Shown: in pieces, positions 55,520-64,000 of the stretch
Layout of the letters: every line of letters starts with the position of its first letter
Numbering within the stretch: the first letter of the stretch is position 1
Assembly: GCF_036321535.1 (NCBI RefSeq)
Contig: NC_087437.1
Location: forward strand, 75,270,001 to 75,334,000
From: Camelus dromedarius
Taxonomy: Eukaryota
Length of the DNA: 64,000 bases
Reading direction: 5' to 3'
Notes under the pieces: model-generated
Seen by the model: the letters and a program-made list of their open reading frames with translations, nothing else
Told to the model about the DNA's origin: nothing
The model's database searches: none
Position numbers and translations under genes: made by a program

Positions 55520-55638
55520 AGAAACAATGGCAAAATTGTCTGAAGTTGTCACCGTTGACCTTGACAAAAGAGTATAAAGTCTTGATTGAGGACTGGTCTG
55601 CTCATTTCTTCTGCTCTTTTGCTCTTTCCAAGGTAAGT
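55520..55638 (+). promoter_or_regulatory. MYH15: Candidate TATA/Inr promoter and short non-coding first exon (55604-55632), probably MYH15
   Basis: TATAAA at 55573, Inr TCATTTC with its A at 55604 (31 nt downstream), donor AAG|GTAAGT at 55633. MYH15 follows CIP2A on the same strand in human (recalled synteny). Confidence 0.55.
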
Positions 55639-56984
55639 TTTTATCTCTCCCTTTTCCACCAATGCATTGAATGACAGGTATGAAAGACAATCTGCTATTT
55701 TTACTGATATTTTTTACCTTGAGGGTTATTCATTATATAAAATGAAATATTTTAAGGAAAGTAAACCAATATATTTATAGAATGGAATCGTTCTGAGGTA
55801 AGAATTTTAGCAACAATTTATTTTATTTTCATTATAATCTCTTAGACAATGCATGTCCATTATTGCATTTACGCTGGAAATGATTTGTTGACAAGTCTTA
55901 TCTCCTACTAGACTTAAATCTTGAGAGCAGAGGCCATGTATTAATTATTCTGGTACCCCAAATATTTTATCAATTTTAGGCACTTATTCGTTGTTCAAAA
56001 AGTATTTATTGAATTTAATTGAACTAGAATACATAATACTCCAGTTTTATTTTATACAAGTATATCTTTGAATATCTGTCATGTGAAGATGTTGATTATA
56101 ATTGTACTTAGTTGAAACTCACATAATTATCCTGGGTTAGAGTCATACCATTTAGAAAAATGCAAAAACAATGAGGATAATGCAAATAATACCTTTGATT
56201 TATACTTTACATCACCTTTTAGGATCACTAAATATATTTTATGCATATCATTTGGGCTGAATAATAGCATCAGCAATTCTAAACTAGGTTTTAAGCTATT
56301 ATGTAGATCAAGGGTCACTGATCCTAAGGAATATTTTACTAGATCTTGACAATGTTCCATTCTACCTGATATTTACTCTCTGAGTGTGGTGTTAACTAGT
56401 GTTTTATGGGAGAATATATTTGCCTTCAACTCGGAAGCACAAAGATATAACCAAACTTAGTTTTCTTCAGTTCCTTTTCATAGCGCTATCATGAATATTT
56501 TTTCTTAAACTCTGCTCAGAACTGTCCATACTTTCAGCCTGTCTCTTCTGTCATTGGCTGGTGAACTTCGGCAATCATTTATTTTGCTGGTCCCTTGTAT
56601 GCTCACCTATAAATTATGAAGCACTGAGATAGCTGATAACTTTCAGTTCAAAAATTCCATAGATTCAAAAATCTTAGAATAATACAATGCAGATTTCTTA
56701 ACAAATACTTTTCTTAAAAATAAACAAACTACTTATTTAAATCTTTCCCTGCAAGTTCAGTTTTCTTGATATAAAAACCAGTTGATTTTTATCCTCATCA
56801 TACTCCTTTTAAACCATAAACCTAGATTTTCATTTCTTATCCAAAGTAGAGAAGGAGGGTGATACTTTTCTGACCAAGGACATGATCTCTCCAAAGCTGG
56901 AGCTAAGCCAGGAGGATGTAAGCATATAGCATCATGTTTAGAAGCATGACTTCAGGAGTCAGACTGGTGGGTCTAATTTGTTGG

Positions 56985-57760
56985 TTCATTCCCTGAGCAT
57001 TTATTAAGGGCCTACTTTGTGCAAATGACTGAAGTCTGCTCTGAAAACCTAGTTCCTGCCCTAACATTGCTTATGCTTAGTTAGGAAGATAGACAATTAA
57101 AGAAATAATAATAATAATGTAGAGTGAAGATTACTATGATACACATAGTACAGGGATCTAAGAGTGCATCTAAGAGAGACACAGCCGAGAGAAAACCTTC
57201 ATGTAGAAATGTTGCTTAATGGAGACCCAAAGGGTAATAAGGAACTAGCCAGAGGGGGAGGGGCAGGACTGAATGTTCCAGGCAGAGGTCAAATCACTCA
57301 TGAATGCCCAGAGGTCAGAGAGTGCTCTGGACACTTACTAGTAATGCACCAGCCAGGTCATGCCAACGTGGGGGTAGGGGTGGTGCAGGGGTAGGAGTAA
57401 GGGAGACGAGGGAGAGGTGTCAGGCAGGCTGGAGAGCTCTGTAGACACTGTTAACATTTTGAACTTTATCTTAAGTTTAAAATGTGGAAGCTTTTAAAGA
57501 TAGTAATATGACTGTGTTTCTGTATATGCAGCCTCACTCTGGACAGGCTGCTGTCAAGGGACCAATTCAGAGAGTAAAGCAATAAGCCAAGAGAGAAGAT
57601 AATGGTCTTGATCAGGGTGCTGGCAGGGGAATGGAAAAATGTGGATGGTTCCAATCAGTAGTTAGGATATTTAGATGAAGAGGCAGCAGAACTCGGCAAA
57701 TGGTTGGATATGAAGGTGAAGGGAGAAATAGGAATCAGGGGTGACTTTCATGTGTCTGGA
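56985..57760 (-). mobile_element. L2 fragment flanked by MIR pieces
   Basis: 'ttcattccctgagcatttattaagggcctactttgtgc...' followed by a purine-rich L2 body. Confidence 0.75.
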
Positions 57761-59989
57761 TTCCAAACCAGAGACACCACTTCCTACCTCTCCAAGTCTG
57801 TGCTTTATAAAATGTGGGTTATTATGTATGTCCCCGTTGGAGCTGCTGTAAGGTTAAAAGATTTAGAATATGTAAAGCATGTAACCCAGCGCCTGGTGTA
57901 CAATAAGTCCTCAGAAATGGTAACTATGATTTGCTCTTATGAAATAGGGTTGCTACTGACTCTACAGGTACCATTTCAGGGACATTTGAGATTCCTTCCA
58001 TTGAGTACAAACATATTTTTAAAATACAATTATAAGTGAGAGGATCATGCCACCATGAGCTGTAGCACCCTGTCCATAGCTCTATGCTAGCATTTCTCAG
58101 ATGGGATTGTAAGAGCTGACACATCTCTATAGCCCAGCCCTCAATAAAGTGGGACCTTCTTGAGGTATCATTGCTCTTTTAACCCACAGAGCCTCACAGG
58201 GAGTACTTGAAAGTGAATGCATGACAGGATGGAATCAGATTTTTTCCTTTGAGTAAATAGCAAATAGCTGAGCACAGAGAATCAGAGTTTTGATCTAAGA
58301 TTGGGAGACAAGAAAGAGTAGGTCAAGGCAGTCTCAGACAGGATAGAAGGGCCCCTGGAAGCTGGGAGAGGGGCACCAGTGGAAGGAGGGAACTGAAGAG
58401 AAGTGTCACTGATACCCCGGATGCTGGTGGGGGGTGAGCCTTTGATTAGTTAGTGAACCCAGGGGCAAAGAACAGAAAGAGGAAGGTATCTCAGAACCAG
58501 GGATACCATTAGTGGCTGGAAAGTACCATTGGGATTTGTCTTAAGGAGATCATTGGAAAGAACAGTTTCTGTACTGTGTTGGAAGTAGCAGGCTGGGGAG
58601 AGACCAGGGGGAGCAGAATGGCGAGTGTGTACTGGATTGCCTGGAGACGTGTGGTCATCATCATAATCACCTTTGAAGTGAGTGCTCCAAATAATCAGTA
58701 ATCTGTGCAACACACTTGGTTGGTAACTCAGTTCAACTCCATATTTTAACATTTGTCTCCCAAGGAGATAAACCAGGATCCTGAAAGCCCCTGCTTTTAT
58801 AGAAACGCTAGTCTGCATATAAACAAATAAAATGTAGGTATTTTAGCTGGTTAAGGAGTGGTGGATTTATGCATAAAGACTAAGTGATTAGCAATTTTAT
58901 ACTGAGTAAACCTTGCTGAGTAGAGACACGGAACAGATTATCCCAGCAGCAGGAATATTAGGAGATGTCAGCATCACTTGTCTCCCCAGTCGTGCCCTAA
59001 TTAAGAGCATCTTGCAGCATTTCCCCAGATTTGTGGTGTTCACTGGGCCTTGTAAGTAAATGTATTTCACTTACTGCCTTGAGACACATGTTCCAGCTTA
59101 TTGGGAATCATTTAAGTGCTTGGTAATTCTCCCTTTCCTCTGTTGACATCTGGATAAATCCATTCTCATTTTCAGGCACTTTGTCTCCAATTTTTATAAT
59201 GGAAGAGGCTTTGTCAAGAGAGTCTTAGTGTTTGTTTACTCAGAGGAATATTAATATTTCTCCTTATTACTTGCATCATGGTTTCCCAGCAGTGGAAGCC
59301 TTTGAAAGTAAACACGCATAATAACCTAACTTGATGAAGAACTCCAGTGAATCTAATCAATTATGATGAAACCAACTTGAAAACTGTTGGGGGCTGCTAA
59401 CATGAAAATAACTTGATTCTTTTAACAATTTACTTTATAGGCACCGATTGAGTTTCTGTTTACAGTTAAGGCACTAAAATCCCAAGATGGTAAGGATTTC
59501 AAAGGAGACGGTCTCTGTGTTCCCCTCCTTCCAGAAATGCATTGTCTAGCTCTGACTGAAAGAGATGAGACTGCCTAGCGATGGACGCACTGTGGTCATC
59601 AGTGAGAGGACTAGTCAGTGTGACCTCCCAGGACAGAGCACCACCTGAGTAAATGATGCTGTAGTCTTGCCTCCGTCTGCCCAACGACAGCTGCTACTGT
59701 GAATTTCCCTCTCCCCTCTCTACTTCCCACAGGTTCTGTCCTCTATCACGGTTTTGCACTTCTCAGATTCACTGATCAATTTAGAAAGCAAAGCTGCCCT
59801 CCTACATATTTAACACAGTGTTCGAAGCCTGAACAAATGCCTATGAATAGTAATAAGAGTAGTTAACACTGAAATTTTACAATGCATCAGACATTGTGCT
59901 GATTTTTATTTATATACAATCTTCACCATCATCTTAGGAGAGAAAATAAGAATCCATATCAGGGAAATGACTGCGACATAATGTCTTTG

Positions 59990-60430
59990 TTAAGGATATT
60001 TTGACAGCAAAAAGAGAAAGTCACTCGGGATAACTTAAAGCTGGGGTCGGGGGATGGGATAGGAATTTATAGGAAGGTTATTGAAACATTTTATGAAAAC
60101 CAAAGGCAGGAACTGAATCTAGGTCTCAAGAGGCCTGTAATTGGGAAAGCTATGTGGTGATTACTAGGCCTGTGTCACCATGTGACCACTCCACAATGCC
60201 AACCTCAACCCCCAAGTCTGCATCGCTCCATTCATGCAAAAAACCAAGAATGAGAGTGGCATCTAAGTCCCAAATCTGCATTCCAGGAAAAGACACCCTG
60301 ATTGTCCCTGATTAGATCAGGCGCTCAGATTTGGTGTAATCAGCTGGGCCAGGACACCAGTATCACGTTACAGACATTACAGCTTGTGGTTCCTTGCCTG
60401 TGGATGATGGCAGGCACTTCTCAGAAAGGT
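59990..60430 (-). mobile_element. Old MLT1-type LTR fragment
   Basis: 'gccctgatt/cctgattagatcagg...ttggtgtaatcagctgggccagg' resembles antisense MLT1. Confidence 0.5.
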
Positions 60431-61190
60431 GTATGGGCTCAGTGGGCACTCCAAACTGTGTCTGCTCAAAGTGGCTACACATCTGATAACTATAGAGGCA
60501 ACAGAACTTGGCGATCAACTGAATGTGGGCAGGAGTGAGAAGGAGAAATTGGAAATGACTCACAGGGTTCCATGTTGGGGAATGATGAGGGTCAAAGATG
60601 GGAATCTGTCCACTGAGGTGGCAAGCAGGGGATGATGAGGGAATGAAGGAGCCTGTGAAAGAACAATGTGAGGAAAAGAACTCTCCTATCACGGACAACA
60701 TAACCACACCTGAGGTGTTCGCTGAGTGGTGAGCTGGGCATCATGGCTGCACCAGCTTACCTCTTCCCCTGGCTTCTACCATCCTCTCCCCTGGACTCCT
60801 TCATTCTGACTTCTGTTTCATGACCAGCACCACTCCCCATCCAGGGTGTGAAGATTTTTCTCTACAAATTTGCCTGAAGTGTAGCCATAATTCATGATGG
60901 AAGGAACTCCCTCTGCTGACCCTGTCCAACCCAGCCCTAATCTGTGATTCTAAGAGAGCAAAGAGTGGGTTCATCATGCCAGTCTTTGTAGCCCCCAAGC
61001 CAGTGTGGGGAATTATAGATGGGCAATAAGTGTATGTTGAATAAGAGAATAAATGGCCATTTTCAAAAAGCTATTTACAAAATACCCGGGGAGAGAGAGA
61101 ACCACAGAAAATACAACCAGTGTTAAAATAGCCAATTTCCAAACTAGAGATTTTATTCTGAAAATAACTAAATGCTCTAGACTTAAAAGA

Positions 61191-61301
61191 AGGGTAACCA
61201 ACTTGTTCCAGCTTCTGCAGGACTTTCCTAGTTAGAGCACTGAAAGTCCCAAGTCCTGGGAAATGCTTCAGTCCTCAGGCACCTGGAATGACTGGTCACC
61301 C
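61191..61301. mobile_element. MER94-like hAT MITE
   Basis: Termini agggtaacca...tggtcaccc; internal 'gcactgaaagtccc'. Confidence 0.75.
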
Positions 61302-63636
61302 AGGCTGGTGTCACTTCTCACGTGGCAGGCATTAACTTATTCCCTATGGAGGGCTGCTAGGTTCTGACCAACGTGATCCTTTGCAGGCTGAGGTGGAAAA
61401 CTCACATCTCAAATCTCCCTTTCACGTAAGGCCTGCCCACTTCTTATATTTACCTTGTTAACTAGGTAACTGAGGCACATTTCAGTCTGGGAATTACATC
61501 ATGCCAATATCAATGGAAGAGTGGTGGTTTGTATATTTATTCACTCAGTCCCTGAAAAACTGAATGCTAGGACAGAACAGGAGTAATCGTTTAGCTGTAC
61601 AATAAACTGACAATACACATGAGGATCTAAGGACTCTCTCTGAGTCCAACTTCCTGAGAATAATGTCTGAGTACCCTGAGAATAATGGACACATAATCTG
61701 GACTTTATCATTAATGAAAATGTACTCAGGTGGGTCATCCTCTTGGCCTCAGTTACCTTCCTTCAAATAGTTATATTCCTGACATGTGAGTTTCCTCCCA
61801 TCCAGGGCTGCTTGCTACACATACTGGTCCCTGGATACCTTATGCTAAGTAGTCCAGACTTGGAAAGAGATTTACACAGCTGTGTGCTCTGTGTCTTGAT
61901 GTGATCCCTTTATCCTTGGATGTTATAATAAGAACTACTTTAAAAAATCTGTTAACTATGAAACTACATGCACGTGCCACAAATTGAAACAGACCAGGAC
62001 GGTAATAAGTGTGGGGTAACTGTCTCCTTCTCCCACCCATATCCTGTTCCCACTTCCCAGACAGATACCCGTTTCTTAGGTATCTTTCCAGGAAACGTGT
62101 ACACAGACACACACATACGCACACTCACGTATTTATGGATATCTTCCTGAGCTCGACTGTGTGTTGAACACAAGCCACCAGGAAGTCACGCATAGTGAGA
62201 GGAGGAGGATACAGTTCAAGTCTCTCACGAATAGACTCACAACTCGTCTCCCTGACTACGGCTTCCAATCCACCCCGAATGTTCTGCCAGAGCCATTTTC
62301 CTAAAATACTGCTTCCCTCCTGTCTTTGCCCACAGTCTATGATGTTTCCTACGATCTACTCTGAAATTTCTTTGCTGAACTTCCAGAGCTTTCCTGCATC
62401 TTGCTCCATTTTATCTATTCAAATGTTTAATAATTTAGCTATTATTATTACAAATCCTAAACCTGAATGCTCACCTGCAGAAAGGTCAATTTTGTCTTTT
62501 TCTTCTGGGAAATGTCACCCCCCAGTCCCATCTCTGGGCTTTTTGCTCCTGTGCTTCTCTTGAATACTTTGCTTCTCTCCTCTCTACCTCAGGAAATGTC
62601 TACTAGACACAGATTATGTCCAGTAATAGATGATGACTAGGCCTTGCATTGTGTCAGGAGGGAAACTGAACCTAGAGAGATTAAGTGATTGTGTACAAGT
62701 CACATGCTTATTTTCTGGCAGAGAGAAAACTAACTCTCCACCGGACCAGTAAGTCTTTGCTTTTAAACCACACTCCTTAGATCCCAGAGATGCTGTCACT
62801 GGATGCACCCAAATCACCACAAAGCAAAGAGTAGATTAAGTGCAGCAAAATACATGATTAGATTTGTTAATTTCACTCAAGTATGAAATAGAATAAGTGA
62901 TTATAGTTCATTCTGGAAGTGGTAGACCATGGTGCTGTTCAGTCATGAGGCACCAGAGCTAAGCAGCCTTGGAAAGTCCTCCTCTCCTTTCTCATCTGTA
63001 AAATGGGGCTATCAATACTTGCCATGCAATCTTGGGTGGAGAGGAAAAAGCCTAAGACTTTGTCCAGTTAGAGAGAATGACCTTTCATTTTGGATCATGA
63101 TAGTCCAGATTTCATTTCTTCTCATTTCAAACGTAAAATGGGAAGATTAAAGATACAAGTAAAGGGTTTGGTATAGAGTGAATGCTCAATGAATTTAGCC
63201 CTGGTAATTTGCCCAGCAACCCAGTCCCTCCAAGACTAGAACTAGCCTTGCCTGAGCTGATGGACTCCTTACTCACTCCCACTTCCTCCTTTCACCACCC
63301 TACCTGCGTCCCTCCTCCAGCATGGCCTTCCCCACTGCTGCCCAAGGCTAGCTTCCTGAATGTCTGTCTGCCAGTAGTTGTATATGCCATCTGCTCCAGA
63401 CACTCACCTCTGCTGCAATATTCATCTTTTTATTCCTTGATTCTCTAATGTTAGACATTTGTCTGAATAGCTTCTCCCCTTTGTCATCATAATCTGGCCA
63501 GTGATGCTCCATCTACCTGGATGCACCTAGACACCTGCAAGCCCGCCTTCCACTTCTACGAGGGACCTAGTGTCCACAATTGACGTGTCTTGGTCTGGCC
63601 CACTCCAACACCTGCCACGGTTAAAACTCTGTGCTT

Positions 63637-63910
63637 TAGGGTTGTACTGTGACTTTCATGGGCCATGGGCTCTTTTGTCTTGTAGGCCCTTCCTTCACAA
63701 AACATATGAAAAATTGGATTTTACAACTGTGTTGGTATAAAGACTAATTAATATAACCCAGGCTGGTTTCATCATTATATGTCATTAATATTATATTCCT
63801 ATTTTTTCTGCTTTTAAAAGAAATTAAAATTAGCATATTTTTGTGAGCCCCTAAAAGCATCATGGACTCTGGGCACTGGGCCTTCTGTGCCTCATGGCTG
63901 AGTTGGCCCT
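63637..63910 (-). mobile_element. ORSL-like hAT-Tip100 element
   Basis: 'gttggtataaagac...ccaggctgg...ttttaaaagaaattaaaatt...gcccctaaaag...gttggccctg'. Confidence 0.75.
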
Positions 63911-64000
63911 GTAGAGTAGGATGTCTTTGAGTACAATGTTGTCATGTACTTGAGACATGGCGGAGAGAGGAGGGGTGGAGGTAGTTTAAAAGACTTAACC

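Noticed and set aside
55640..64000. MYH15 coding exons
   Set aside because: No myosin-like peptide appears in the ORF track or in my reading; ORFs here (57704, 58450, 60363, 62195) look like repeat-derived or chance frames. A very short exon could be missed by eye.

Overview
Mammalian genomic DNA, not prokaryotic. Three tRNA-derived Vic-1-type SINEs point to a camelid. The window opens in a CpG-island bidirectional promoter and holds the complete 21-exon CIP2A (KIAA1524) gene on the + strand: CDS 504..29118, 2727 nt spliced, 908 aa, all exon phases consistent. Intron 10 (13694..15224) is a minor-spliceosome U12-type AT-AC intron. A probable non-coding first exon of the head-to-head gene (DZIP3 by synteny) lies on the - strand at about 260-370. 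The rest (about 31-64 kb) is repeat-rich (L1, L2, MIR, MER/Tigger, ERV LTRs, an ERV-L dUTPase remnant) with some unique islands. One island has a TATA/Inr/short-exon/donor cassette at about 55570-55640 that is probably the MYH15 promoter and first exon; no MYH15 coding exon was found. Apart from the few ORFs that overlap CIP2A exons, the ORF track is noise. I see no convincing new biological system. The best leads are the AT-AC intron, a disabled counterpart of the human NOCIVA exon in intron 13, exons that rebuild 5' splice sites after ligation, a retroposed tRNA-Gly 5' half, and the candidate MYH15 promoter. Gene names, repeat families and human comparisons come from memory, not from a search.
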